A stretch of DNA of 64,000 nt from NCBI GenBank assembly GCA_047602905.1, contig JBLKOP010000002.1, forward strand, positions 79,381-143,380. Direction: 5' to 3'. Of the stretch, positions 49,733-59,442 are shown piece by piece (position 1 is the stretch's first letter; each line of letters begins with the position of its first letter). The stretch comes from Candidatus Woesearchaeota archaeon (GTDB lineage Archaea > Nanobdellota > Nanobdellia > Woesearchaeales > SKIA01). A program made the translations under genes and the position numbers. The notes under the pieces are model-generated. The model made no database searches and was not told the DNA's origin. It was given only the letters and a program-made list of their open reading frames with translations.

Positions 49733-50674
49733 GTGACAGCAATTAATATCCTCAAAATTAACCCCCAACTCGCACTCATAGCAACAGACATGCAAGTAAC
49801 AGAAGAAGAACACATTCGTTTTGAAGAAAAAATTCTTGACATATCAACACCAACAGTAAACGCACTAGCAGCATACACAGGAGTAACTCTTGCAGTACCG
49901 TTTGCTCAACAACGATTAACAGGACAAGAAAAGAGCACGCAAGAAATAGCTACTTCTTTCTCATCAAGCCTAAACAAGTACTTGCATAGTTTAGCTGTAG
50001 ATTGTCTTAAACGCATGTATGAGCAGTCAGAAGAACAAATCAAAACAGCACTTGACAGCCCCTTAGAAAAACACAACAAGCAACTCGCAAGCAGCTATGT
50101 ACATCTCGTAAAGAAAAGACAAGAATTCGCTTTCTTAGAACAAGCAGACACAACTATGCTCACAATAGGCTACGACAAAACACGTACAGACGAACAAATA
50201 CGCGTGTACTCAAGCCTTCCCTTCCCAGCTACACCAATGCTTCTTTCAAGTAATCAAGAAAGCGAATATTTTTGTCGAGGAATAGGAGAGCAAGCAGCTA
50301 TAGATATACTTCATCCTTGTGTTAATAACTCAAGAAAACATCTTTTCCCAAACAAAGGATTAGAACTACTCATCAAAGCAACAAACAAAGCAAAACGTAT
50401 TGACGGAGTAGGAGGAACAACAAGACTGGGAGTAGTTAGTGATACAGAAGCAAGAATTCTTTCTGAAGAAAACTCTTTTTACGCATCAGCAGCTACGATG
50501 ATGCACGAAAAAGGAATAATTAACCAAAGACAAACCTATGAATTGCTCGACCGCATCGTCCTCTCAAACGCCTCTGAGCAAGAAGCACAAGACCGCATAA
50601 AACACGCACTCAACAACGATGCTCGCTACGAACTAAAAACCTTAGCAAAAGAGTATTACAACCTAGAAACTTAA
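49733..50674 (+). CDS. Proteasome-beta-like Ntn hydrolase-fold protein
   Basis: GTG-Thr start, ATDMQVT, EKI, YTG, RGIG, DGVGG; TATA at 49702-49709. Confidence 0.6.
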   Translation: MTAINILKINPQLALIATDMQVTEEEHIRFEEKILDISTPTVNALAAYTGVTLAVPFAQQRLTGQEKSTQEIATSFSSSLNKYLHSLAVDCLKRMYEQSEEQIKTALDSPLEKHNKQLASSYVHLVKKRQEFAFLEQADTTMLTIGYDKTRTDEQIRVYSSLPFPATPMLLSSNQESEYFCRGIGEQAAIDILHPCVNNSRKHLFPNKGLELLIKATNKAKRIDGVGGTTRLGVVSDTEARILSEENSFYASAATMMHEKGIINQRQTYELLDRIVLSNASEQEAQDRIKHALNNDARYELKTLAKEYYNLET

Positions 50675-50699
50675 AAAGACGCACAAACTCCTCTACGAC

Positions 50700-51656
50700 A
50701 TGCTCCCAGAAGAACTTATTATTCGAGAAGCAACCACTCCAAGTGAGAAGTACGGCTGCGACCCGTTTAAGCGACCGTTACAAGACCTTATAGAGTTTGG
50801 TATTGTTGTTATTGACAAGCCTAGTGGTCCTACGAGTCACCAAGTGAGTGCGTATGTACAAAAAATTCTTGGTATAACCAAGAGCGGTCATTCAGGAACT
50901 CTTGACCCAAAAGTTACTGGCGTTCTTCCCGTAGCAACCCTAAAAGCAACTCGTCTCATGGAGTACGGGCTTAAAGCAGGAAAGACGTACGTAGGAGTCA
51001 TGCACCTACACGCAGACGTTGAGGAGTACGAAATCAGAAAAATGGCTCATGACTTCATTGGTCAAATAACGCAGCTACCACCAAAAAGAAGCGCTGTTGC
51101 AAGAAAAAACCGTAAACGAACAATTTATTCGTTTAAATTCTTAGAAATACAAGGAAGAGACATTCTTTTCGTAGCAGATGTAGAAGCAGGAACGTATATC
51201 AGAAAGTTATGTCATGATTTTGGCGAAAAACTTGGTGTAGGAGCTCACATGGCAGAGCTGCGACGAACACGAGCAGGTCCTTGTAACGAAGAAGAGTCCA
51301 TAACGCTACAAGAACTCACTGATGTATACGCAGAAGCAAAAGCAGGACGAGAAGAGGCGTTTAGAAAAGTGTTTCTGCCAGCAGAAACCTACGTAGAGCA
51401 CCTACCAGCAATTGTAGTTCTAGAAAGCGCAATTCACAGCCTAACACAAGGAGCAACGCTAAAAGTGCCTGGAATAAGTGCGTACAGCCCAGGAATTAAC
51501 GCAAACAGCCAAGTACGTCTACTCAGTCCTAAAGGAGAACTTATTGGAATAGGAACCAGTAGATTACACGAAAAATACTTTGCAGAAGACAAAGGAGTAG
51601 CGGTAAAAATAGACAAAGTATTCATGGAATCAAGCGTGTATCCACGAATGTCCTAA
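50700..51656 (+). CDS. cbf5: H/ACA pseudouridine synthase Cbf5
   Basis: DKPSGPTSHQV, GHSGTLDPKVTG, AGTYIR, LRRTR, PUA domain. Confidence 0.93.
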   Translation: MLPEELIIREATTPSEKYGCDPFKRPLQDLIEFGIVVIDKPSGPTSHQVSAYVQKILGITKSGHSGTLDPKVTGVLPVATLKATRLMEYGLKAGKTYVGVMHLHADVEEYEIRKMAHDFIGQITQLPPKRSAVARKNRKRTIYSFKFLEIQGRDILFVADVEAGTYIRKLCHDFGEKLGVGAHMAELRRTRAGPCNEEESITLQELTDVYAEAKAGREEAFRKVFLPAETYVEHLPAIVVLESAIHSLTQGATLKVPGISAYSPGINANSQVRLLSPKGELIGIGTSRLHEKYFAEDKGVAVKIDKVFMESSVYPRMS

Positions 51657-51692
51657 AAACGTTTATATACACCTCCTTGTATTAATACCTGT

Positions 51693-52544
51693 ATGAGTGA
51701 GTTACCTTCTGACCACAAAATCCACCCGCACCACCCAGAGCACCCGGATAATCATCCGTTAAGAAAGCACCACGAGCACCACCCGCTTGTTCTACGCATG
51801 ACAGGAGTGTTCTTGCTAACAATCATTTTCTTTGCGTGCCTACTAGGAATACTTACTAACGCACCCTTTGGAGTAGTGCTTCTCAGCTTCGCAGCAAGCT
51901 TCGTCTTCGCACTTGCCGTTTTAGCACTTGCTCACAGCGACCATCTCAGCAACGAATACCTCGTATCAGCCCTGCTCATACTCGTAATCGTCTTTTCAGT
52001 AATTATTTTTCTTGTATCCCCACAAACTGATGTACTAGCAGTAATGAGTCTAAACCTGCTCTTATCAGGAATTTTTCTTCTTCTGCTGCAGCAAAGCTAC
52101 GCGCACCACGAACAAGAAGTAGTGCTAGGAGTAGTGACAGAGACCAAGCCAGAACAACGAGATCTCGCAAGCTTATTTATTGACATCCAAGAACGAGCAA
52201 AAAGAATTAACATCGCGGTAGGGCGTACGTATAGCGTGTACAAAGAAGCAAGTCCTGCTATGAGAAACAAGATAAAGATTCCTAACCAATTATACAACGA
52301 GTTGCGAGCAGATAAGAAAACTCCTTTTTTACAAGCGCATCTAGAACAAATAGCTGCTCGCCTAGCACTCCTACAAGAACAAGAACAAGAGGTCTTCACA
52401 CCAGCAGAGTATAAGCGTTTAAACAGAAAAAAATCTTTTCCAGTGCTAGAAGTGCTTGCTGATAATGAAGGAGAAGGAATCCTGCAAGTGCACGCATCAG
52501 CAGTTGCTTACGTACAAACAGCAATAAATCACCTAGAAAACTAA
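51693..52544 (+). CDS. Membrane protein with His-rich N-terminus
   Basis: His/Pro-rich start, four TM segments, soluble C-terminal domain. Confidence 0.7.
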   Translation: MSELPSDHKIHPHHPEHPDNHPLRKHHEHHPLVLRMTGVFLLTIIFFACLLGILTNAPFGVVLLSFAASFVFALAVLALAHSDHLSNEYLVSALLILVIVFSVIIFLVSPQTDVLAVMSLNLLLSGIFLLLLQQSYAHHEQEVVLGVVTETKPEQRDLASLFIDIQERAKRINIAVGRTYSVYKEASPAMRNKIKIPNQLYNELRADKKTPFLQAHLEQIAARLALLQEQEQEVFTPAEYKRLNRKKSFPVLEVLADNEGEGILQVHASAVAYVQTAINHLEN

Positions 52545-52816
52545 TCCTCAGTAAAGTACTTGTTATCATGTACTTCATACACTCCTAGACGAGCGCCGCA
52601 ATCAAGCCATCCATGAGCGTAGTTTACCGCGGCAAACGCACGAACAATATCTTCTTGAGAAAAAAAATATGTTGCGTCAGACAAATAATTCTCTACCATA
52701 ACAAAAATTTCTTTTGCAGCAGAAGCATCTAAGATAGGAGCTTTTCTTGCCAGAACAAGCGCTTGTGAGCTGAGAGCATGATATTTTTTGAAGAGTTCTT
52801 CAGAGACTGTTTGCAT
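52541..52816 (-). CDS. DUF357 family protein
   Basis: YLSDA.YF...AFAAVNYAHGWLDCGARLG. Confidence 0.85.
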   Translation of the reverse strand: MQTVSEELFKKYHALSSQALVLARKAPILDASAAKEIFVMVENYLSDATYFFSQEDIVRAFAAVNYAHGWLDCGARLGVYEVHDNKYFTED

Positions 52817-52869
52817 AAACAAGAAGAAACAAACAGCGTTTTTAAATACGACGCCTTCTACAACAACAC

Positions 52870-53715
52870 ATGAAACAATCCTTTGTAGGAGGACAAGCAG
52901 TCCTTGACGGAGTACTCATGGTCTTTGAGGACGAGTACTCAGTAGCGGTACAAACACCCACAGGCATACAAACAACCAAGAACAGCACTTGGCTTTTACG
53001 AAGTAAGCTCCTAAAAATCCCTTTTCTGAGAGGACCAATAGCATTTCTTATCATGGCATACCTAGGTCTCTCCTCCATGCTTATCGCAAGTAAGCAAGCA
53101 AGCACACAAGAAGACGATCTAAGCTGGACAACACTCATCCTAACAGCAACTATTACTCTTGCATTCATAGCAGTACTTATTCTTGTACTTCCCTTATTCA
53201 TCACTACGCTACTCGTTTCTGAAAACAACCCGTTACTCTTTAACTTTCTTGACGGAGCAGTACGCATAGTAGTATTTCTTCTCTACGTAGCACTCATCGC
53301 GCAACTACCAGATATTAAGAAGCTCTTTGGTTATCACGGAGCAGAGCACCAAGTAATTCATGCGTACGAGAAAGGAACACTCACCTTAGCTTCTGCTCGT
53401 AAACAACCTCTTTTTCTTGCTCGCTGCGGAACAACTTTTGTTGTGCTCGTTCTTCTCGTAGCTATCCTTGTCTACAGCCTAACGCCAATAAACCTTCCTT
53501 TTATGCAACTTCTTACTCTGCGCGTACTCATGCTCATACCAATAGCTTCTCTTAGTTACGAGTTTATGCGCTTAAGTCACACGAACAAAAGTTCTTTACT
53601 TGTACAAGCACTTCTCACTCCAGGCTATTGGGTGCAACGACTTACTGTAAGAAAACCAAGTGATCAGCAGTTACGAGTCGCTCTTGCGGCTCTTAAAGCG
53701 GTCGTTAAGAAATAA
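52870..53715 (+). CDS. DUF1385 family membrane protein
   Basis: GGQAVLDGV, PFLRG, YHGAEH, RCGTTF. Confidence 0.88.
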   Translation: MKQSFVGGQAVLDGVLMVFEDEYSVAVQTPTGIQTTKNSTWLLRSKLLKIPFLRGPIAFLIMAYLGLSSMLIASKQASTQEDDLSWTTLILTATITLAFIAVLILVLPLFITTLLVSENNPLLFNFLDGAVRIVVFLLYVALIAQLPDIKKLFGYHGAEHQVIHAYEKGTLTLASARKQPLFLARCGTTFVVLVLLVAILVYSLTPINLPFMQLLTLRVLMLIPIASLSYEFMRLSHTNKSSLLVQALLTPGYWVQRLTVRKPSDQQLRVALAALKAVVKK

Positions 53716-54033
53716 CGTAAACCACTCAGTAGTTGCGTATAGCTCGTATGGTTGCGTATCTACGCGTGTCTGCACAGAAACAAGCTCTTCTTGTTGTGCA
53801 AGCAAGGAAAGAAGCGTAGTGGCTTTTTTTGCTTTGTACAAACGAGAGCGCACATCTTCACGAAGAACTCTTAAGCTCTGACGAACGCGCACTAACTCTT
53901 CGCGCACTTCCTCATCAAGTTCGCGAATGCGCAAGCGTATAGCTGCTTGTGTATCAAGAATGGTGTTGTGATCCGTTTCTATACGTCCAATTCCCTCATG
54001 TATTCTGTGCAGCGTATCTAAATCCTCTTGCAT
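53671..54033 (-). CDS. Coiled-coil hypothetical protein
   Basis: 120 aa from MQEDLD; divergent from the 54145 gene. Confidence 0.6.
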   Translation of the reverse strand: MQEDLDTLHRIHEGIGRIETDHNTILDTQAAIRLRIRELDEEVREELVRVRQSLRVLREDVRSRLYKAKKATTLLSLLAQQEELVSVQTRVDTQPYELYATTEWFTLFLNDRFKSRKSDS

Positions 54034-54144
54034 ACAATAGTATAATTCACAAACACAATTAAGTGTTTCGTACCCACTAACTAAGAGAGACAAAGCTTTA
54101 AGAGTGCTGCTCGCCTCCCAGTACATAAGGGGATAGAGGAATTT

Positions 54145-55122
54145 ATGAGTACAGAATACGTCGCACAAGAACACACTATTAAGGCGATACACGAACTTCT
54201 CAGTAAAGAACCTGATAGCAAACAAACAACTGCTAAGCAAGCGTTTATTCTGTGCACACAAGAAAAGCTCTTCACCCTAAATGACTTACTCTCCTACGCA
54301 GAGCACATGAGTCCAGAAGTATTTGCTCATCACGTGCGAGAAGAACAAAACGATTTTGCTGTTTGGATACGAGACGTTCATAACAACCAAGAACTCGCAG
54401 ATATTGCTCGTAGTGCAACAACTCCTAAAGAGCTCTTTATAGCGTTACAAGACCACTGTGAAGCGCTTCCTAGCATACAAGAAACGACTTCTGTTCTTAC
54501 GGATCCTGAAGACGTGGTTTCTTTACGAGAGCATTTCGCTCGCTTACGTGATGAGATAAACCAAGAAATTGATGAGAGCATCTCACTTCTGCGCTCACAA
54601 GCAGATCGTATACGGTTATTGCGTGACGAGCTAAGAACAAGTGAGGAATCCCTTAAAGAACAAGAAGCTCTTCTGCGAGAAGAAATACGCGTATCTCACC
54701 AGCAACAAGAGGAGCTTTCTGAAGAAATAGCCTCTCTTAAACAAGCAAATAAAGAGCTCTCTGGTGAGCGAGAAGAAGCTGCTAAAGTACAACAAGCAGT
54801 CTTGAGTATTCGTGATGAGCTACGAGAAAAAAACGATTCTTTAATACAAGCTCGCGAGTACTTACGAGAACAACTGCAAAAAACTAATTCCTCGCAACCC
54901 ACCACTCCTCCTAAAAGATACACTCCTTCTGCTAGTCACGTACAAGAGCTTGTCAGACTCGTTTATGAGGACGTACAAGCAGGTCGTTTATCAGCAGCTA
55001 AGCAAGGCTACGCTGATGCAAGAGCATCTTTTTATGAGGCTGAGCTTTCTGAGTCGCAACGACAAGAACTGTATCAGCAACTCATGGATGCCTATACAAG
55101 AATTCATTTGCAAGGATTATAA
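54145..55122 (+). CDS. DUF5752-like domain plus coiled-coil protein
   Basis: FAHHV...NDFAVWIRDV motif followed by a long coiled coil. Confidence 0.65.
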   Translation: MSTEYVAQEHTIKAIHELLSKEPDSKQTTAKQAFILCTQEKLFTLNDLLSYAEHMSPEVFAHHVREEQNDFAVWIRDVHNNQELADIARSATTPKELFIALQDHCEALPSIQETTSVLTDPEDVVSLREHFARLRDEINQEIDESISLLRSQADRIRLLRDELRTSEESLKEQEALLREEIRVSHQQQEELSEEIASLKQANKELSGEREEAAKVQQAVLSIRDELREKNDSLIQAREYLREQLQKTNSSQPTTPPKRYTPSASHVQELVRLVYEDVQAGRLSAAKQGYADARASFYEAELSESQRQELYQQLMDAYTRIHLQGL

Positions 55123-55157
55123 AAAAAGGTAAAAAAGTATTTGTTTTGTATGAGAGC

Positions 55158-55340
55158 TTATTCTCGAACATCAAGAGGAAGCACTCCCTCTTTAAGTTCA
55201 ATCTTTGCTATTTCTATTGGGTTGTACGCTATTTTTTCTAGCTCTTCCTCTGAGAGCTGTACTTGTAGTGGCGCTCCCTGACTTATTTGTAGTGCTCGTG
55301 CACCGATAAGTCGTGCTCTCTCATACACAGTGTACTTCAT
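55158..55340 (-). CDS. rpo6: RNA polymerase subunit K (Rpo6)
   Basis: YERARLIGARALQISQGAP, PIEIA..E. Confidence 0.95.
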   Translation of the reverse strand: MKYTVYERARLIGARALQISQGAPLQVQLSEEELEKIAYNPIEIAKIELKEGVLPLDVRE

Positions 55341-56116
55341 TTGAAGTGTCCTCGAAGCTTCTTTGCTTGTTTCTGAGCTATCTTGATGATCTCATCAATC
55401 TCATCCACGCTAAGAGGAGCTGCTCCTCCTTTTTGTAGAGCACAAGGAGTTCCGTCCTCAAGCACTCCTACGGTGAGTCGTGCGTCATAGAACTTCTCCT
55501 CTGCTTCTGTAGGGTCTACTAAGAGCATGTCTTTGTACTTGAATACCGTCACAGCTATTGGCTCGTGATTCATTGGTATAGGGTTTTTACTAAGCTTCTC
55601 AAGCTGAGGGTTTGCGTCCTTATCAAGTTCTGGCATTTTCGCGTCTTGCAGAGCTGCTAGTGCTGCCATTGCTCCTAGGTCAATCATGTTTCCATCATAC
55701 GCTATTGGGCTGATGTCTACCATGACCATCCATATCTTCTCGCCTGATTTTATGCATAGCTTCTTGGTATCAATGCTTTTGCTTTCTCGAATCGTTCGGT
55801 CAATGACTCGTGCCGGCTCGATACTTTCCATTCCTGGTCTTCCTCCTTCGAACTGGCGGCTACTCATAGCAAGCATTTCTGCACTTACCATAAGGCTTCC
55901 TTCGTCAGGGCTGTCAGGATACGGTGTTCCTACATCTACTTTTACTCCTGCGATGATCTCTGCTTCTCCTGCTACTAGTCGTGCGCTTCCGTGAGCGGTG
56001 CTACTAACTCCTTTCTCAATAGTTATTTCTCTAAACTCAAGAAGTTCTCGTCCGTCTGTGCGGATGTTTTGTGCAAGTGCTTCTTCAAGGTGTTCTTTCT
56101 GGCTTGTTTTACTCAT
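55337..56116 (-). CDS. rrp42: Exosome subunit Rrp42
   Basis: RTDGR...FR, PYPDSPDEG, ARVIDRTIRES, DGN, QKGG. Confidence 0.93.
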   Translation of the reverse strand: MSKTSQKEHLEEALAQNIRTDGRELLEFREITIEKGVSSTAHGSARLVAGEAEIIAGVKVDVGTPYPDSPDEGSLMVSAEMLAMSSRQFEGGRPGMESIEPARVIDRTIRESKSIDTKKLCIKSGEKIWMVMVDISPIAYDGNMIDLGAMAALAALQDAKMPELDKDANPQLEKLSKNPIPMNHEPIAVTVFKYKDMLLVDPTEAEEKFYDARLTVGVLEDGTPCALQKGGAAPLSVDEIDEIIKIAQKQAKKLRGHFK

Positions 56117-56910
56117 TGTTCTTCCTCCTCTTCACTACTCGTGCTTTCTTTGAGTGTATCTCCAAAGCGCTTCTTAAGTAGTTCTTTTGTTTCTTTGATG
56201 CCTGTGATCTTGTTTACGAACTTGTTCTTGACTGCTTCTCGCTGCACTTTAGCGATTGCTTCAATCTCGTCTCGTCCTTTCTTAATCGCTTCTACGATGA
56301 GCTTCTGGTCTGTTAGTCCGTCCATTTGTAGCAGAGTAATCTCTCCTGTACTAGGAATAACTGCTATTGGTATGTCCGCTACTTCTCCATCAAAGTGCTC
56401 TTCTTCTCCGTCTAAGTCAATAACGATTTCTCCGTCTAGGTGACCTACTGCTACTGCGCTTACGAGGTCTTTCATTTTTATGCCTGCGTCTGCAAGCGCG
56501 ATAGCTGCTGCGCAGATACCTGCGCATCTGCTTCCTGCGTCTGTCTCGGTGAATTCGATGTGTACGTCAACTACGGTATTTGGAAAGTCTGTTAGGTCTA
56601 CTACAGGGCTTAAAGCGTTCTCTGTTACCATGCTGATCTCTTGGCTTCGCCGGTTTGGTCCTGGGCGTCCTCTGCCTCCTGGTCCGCTGTACGGGAGCAT
56701 GTTGTAGTGGCAGCGTAGAATTCCTGTTTTTGGGTCTTGCATGAAGCGTGGGTGTAGTTCTTGTGGTCCGTACACTGCCGCGTATGCGGTGCTGTCTCCT
56801 ATGGTGAAGCGTGCGCTTCCGTCTGCTTTAGGAATGATGCCTGCTTCTGCAGTGATTTTTCTTGTTTCATTCCATTTTCTTCCGTCGTGTCTTGTTAGTG
56901 TTTTAGCCAT
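56113..56910 (-). CDS. rrp41: Exosome subunit Rrp41
   Basis: RHDGR, ADGSA, VYGP, RRSQEIS, DAGSRCA, LLQMDG. Confidence 0.94.
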   Translation of the reverse strand: MAKTLTRHDGRKWNETRKITAEAGIIPKADGSARFTIGDSTAYAAVYGPQELHPRFMQDPKTGILRCHYNMLPYSGPGGRGRPGPNRRSQEISMVTENALSPVVDLTDFPNTVVDVHIEFTETDAGSRCAGICAAAIALADAGIKMKDLVSAVAVGHLDGEIVIDLDGEEEHFDGEVADIPIAVIPSTGEITLLQMDGLTDQKLIVEAIKKGRDEIEAIAKVQREAVKNKFVNKITGIKETKELLKKRFGDTLKESTSSEEEEEQ

Positions 56911-56911
56911 T

Positions 56912-57613
56912 TTATTCTACCTCTTTACCTGTGAGTTCTTCAAGCAGGCTTTTGATTTCTTCGGTGAGTCCTGGTAAGTGGCTGTTTTTTTCTATGAGCC
57001 GTATGGTTTGTATTGCAAGCACTTCTTTTGCTGGTGCTCCTTTAATCCATATTACGCCGTTTTGTCCTACTGTTATGTCGCAGTCGCATCCTTTTTTTAG
57101 CATGCGTACCATGCTTCCTCTTGCTCCGATGATTCGAGGGACTTTTTGTGCGTCTACGTGGATGATTGTTCCTCCAGTGAGTTTGTGCAGTCCTGGTCCT
57201 CGAACGCTTACGTCTACGAGGTTTTGACTCGTTACTTGCACTACTTTTGCGCTTACCCAATCATCTAGGGCGAAGTATCTTGTTAGGTCTTCTCCTCGTT
57301 TGATGTACTCGTTAGTTGCTTCTTTTAGTCCAAGTACTGCGTCTACCATTGTGTGTAAGTCTACTCTCCATCCGCTCATGAGCACGTCGCTGATTCGTCC
57401 AATGACTGTGTCTCCTTTCTTTGGCAGGTATCTTCCTGCAAGTGGTATGGTCTTAATGACTTTTCCGTCTATCTGTACTAGTCCTATTCTGTTTGCTCGA
57501 ATAGCGTCGTCTTGTCTGTACGTTCCTTTACTTGGTAGGTACTCTAATCCTGTTGCGAGGATTTCTCCGGGGACGACAACTGCCCGATCTTGTGTATGTA
57601 GTTTTGCTGTCAT
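56912..57613 (-). CDS. rrp4: Exosome RNA-binding subunit Rrp4
   Basis: VVPGE, YLPKKGD S1 domain, KVPRIIG..GSM, GQNGVIWI KH domain. Confidence 0.93.
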   Translation of the reverse strand: MTAKLHTQDRAVVVPGEILATGLEYLPSKGTYRQDDAIRANRIGLVQIDGKVIKTIPLAGRYLPKKGDTVIGRISDVLMSGWRVDLHTMVDAVLGLKEATNEYIKRGEDLTRYFALDDWVSAKVVQVTSQNLVDVSVRGPGLHKLTGGTIIHVDAQKVPRIIGARGSMVRMLKKGCDCDITVGQNGVIWIKGAPAKEVLAIQTIRLIEKNSHLPGLTEEIKSLLEELTGKEVE

Positions 57614-57615
57614 AA

Positions 57616-58338
57616 TTATTTTTTCTCTATTTTTGTTATCTCAACTGTTCCGTGGGTTTTACTTGCTAGTTCGTCAACTAAGTCGTTGTATCTTCCTGCT
57701 GGTAACTCCACTTTTGCTGCTAGTGTTCCGTCGTTTAGCCACTGTTCTTGTTGTAGCGTTCCGTACTTGGTGAGTGTCGCGTAGCATTTGCCTGCGTACT
57801 CACTGGGTAGGTGGATGTCTGCTATGAACGTTGTGAAAGTAATGGGTATGATTGGTCGAAGTGCTTTGAGTGCTTCTTGTACGTGGTCTTCTGCTGTTCT
57901 GAACTCGTCTATGCGAAAGCGCGCTTCTTGTAGTGCGTTCTTAATTCTTTCTTGTGGGTGCACAACTCCTGTTTGGGGGTTTATGGCGTTGATATGGATG
58001 ATGTGTACGAGTTTGTTGCGTTTGTTTTCTCTGATTCGTTCTCGATGCTCTGCGGTGAGTTGTATCTCTCCTTTCTCAAGAATAATTTTTGCGATTGCTT
58101 CTTTGTTTTCTGTCTCAAAAACGGCTTTCATGTGTTCTTCGCTTGCAAGCTCTCCTTTGTTTGCGTCAGCATAAATTTCTGGTGCTCGCAGTACTTCTCG
58201 TAACTCAGTGGTTGTTGTTTCTTTGTACTCGACTGCTTTGTCTGGGTCTACGACTACCTCGAAGTTCTCTCCTCCTTTCTTGAGGCGAGCAACGTTTAGG
58301 CTTACTCGTTCTTTCTCGTACGTGGGTCCTCCTCTCAT
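57616..58338 (-). CDS. Ribosome maturation factor SBDS/Sdo1
   Basis: ARLKKGGENFE, GEIQLT, PIIPI, three-domain length. Confidence 0.93.
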   Translation of the reverse strand: MRGGPTYEKERVSLNVARLKKGGENFEVVVDPDKAVEYKETTTTELREVLRAPEIYADANKGELASEEHMKAVFETENKEAIAKIILEKGEIQLTAEHRERIRENKRNKLVHIIHINAINPQTGVVHPQERIKNALQEARFRIDEFRTAEDHVQEALKALRPIIPITFTTFIADIHLPSEYAGKCYATLTKYGTLQQEQWLNDGTLAAKVELPAGRYNDLVDELASKTHGTVEITKIEKK

Positions 58339-59042
58339 AAGTGTTTTTTTAGTTCTTCATCTGTAAGAAACGTTGATTCCATGTTGTTGCTTACTAGCGC
58401 GCAGTCTACTCGGTCTACGCTTAGGTCTTCTCCTAGTACGGTTTTAAGCACTTCAAACGCGAGCGCTACTCCTTGCTGTAAACTCATGTTATCTTTGTGT
58501 TTTTCTTTTAGTAATTGCATTGCTTCTTCTGCTTTTTCTCCTAGCGCGCATGCTTTGTATTGGTGGTATACTCCTACGGGGTCTGTGCTGTAGAGTTTTA
58601 CTCCGTCTTTATCTACTCCTGCTATGAGCATGGCTACTCCAAAGGGTCTCCAGCCTCCTCCTTGTGTTGTTTGTTGCATTAAGCTGCTGAGGTCTCGTAC
58701 TATGCTGATAACGTCTGTTGGGCTGTCAAAAGTTACTTTGTGTTGTTGTGCTCGTACTTGTGCTCGCTCCACGAGTACTCGTGCGTCCGGGATTATTCCG
58801 CTCGCAGTTGCTATGATGTGGTCGTCTATTGCAAAGATTTTTTCTACTGAGCTGCTAATTATTAAGTCGTCGTGTACTCGTTTGTCTGTGAGTAGGACTG
58901 CTCCTTCTTTGGTGCTTATTCCTATTGCTGTGCTTCCTTGCTTAACGGTTTTTTTTGCGTACTCTACTTGTAGTAGTCGCCCGTCTGGCGAGAACATTGT
59001 GATTGCCCGGTCGTATCCCATCATTTGGTGTTGTGTTTGCAT
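58335..59042 (-). CDS. psmA: Proteasome alpha subunit
   Basis: GYDRAITMFSPDGRLLQVEYA, RPFGVA. Confidence 0.95.
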   Translation of the reverse strand: MQTQHQMMGYDRAITMFSPDGRLLQVEYAKKTVKQGSTAIGISTKEGAVLLTDKRVHDDLIISSSVEKIFAIDDHIIATASGIIPDARVLVERAQVRAQQHKVTFDSPTDVISIVRDLSSLMQQTTQGGGWRPFGVAMLIAGVDKDGVKLYSTDPVGVYHQYKACALGEKAEEAMQLLKEKHKDNMSLQQGVALAFEVLKTVLGEDLSVDRVDCALVSNNMESTFLTDEELKKHL

Positions 59043-59049
59043 CGTGATT

Positions 59050-59331
59050 TTATTGTTTGAGAAGTTTTCTTACTCCTTGTAGTGTTCCACTTGTTTTTAT
59101 GCTTTTTTTGTTGCTAAAAACCAGTGCTGCTTTGAGCTCGTCTACGCTGTTGTGTGCTACGCGAAGAATACTTTTTTGTTCTCTTTGCTCTACAGGTATT
59201 ATTCCTGCTTTTGCTGCTCCGTGTATTCCAAAGAGTTCTTTGTGCTTTTGTTGTACTTCCTCGTCTCCTGCTGGTTCGTATAGGATGTACCTTTTGCGTT
59301 CTTTGAGTGTGTTTTGAAACGGTGCTGTCAT
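59050..59331 (-). CDS. RNase P protein Pop5/Rpp14 (shortened)
   Basis: LKERKRYI, LFG..G, ILRV, SGTL; position before psmA. Confidence 0.75.
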   Translation of the reverse strand: MTAPFQNTLKERKRYILYEPAGDEEVQQKHKELFGIHGAAKAGIIPVEQREQKSILRVAHNSVDELKAALVFSNKKSIKTSGTLQGVRKLLKQ

Positions 59332-59442
59332 TGAGAATTGCTTGTTTTCCTCTGCTTTTTTTCTTCTCGTTAATCCCGAAGAAACACTTCTGCACTTAAA
59401 AAGGTTGTTGTGCGTGTTTTTTTTCTTCCTAAACGCTTCTTT

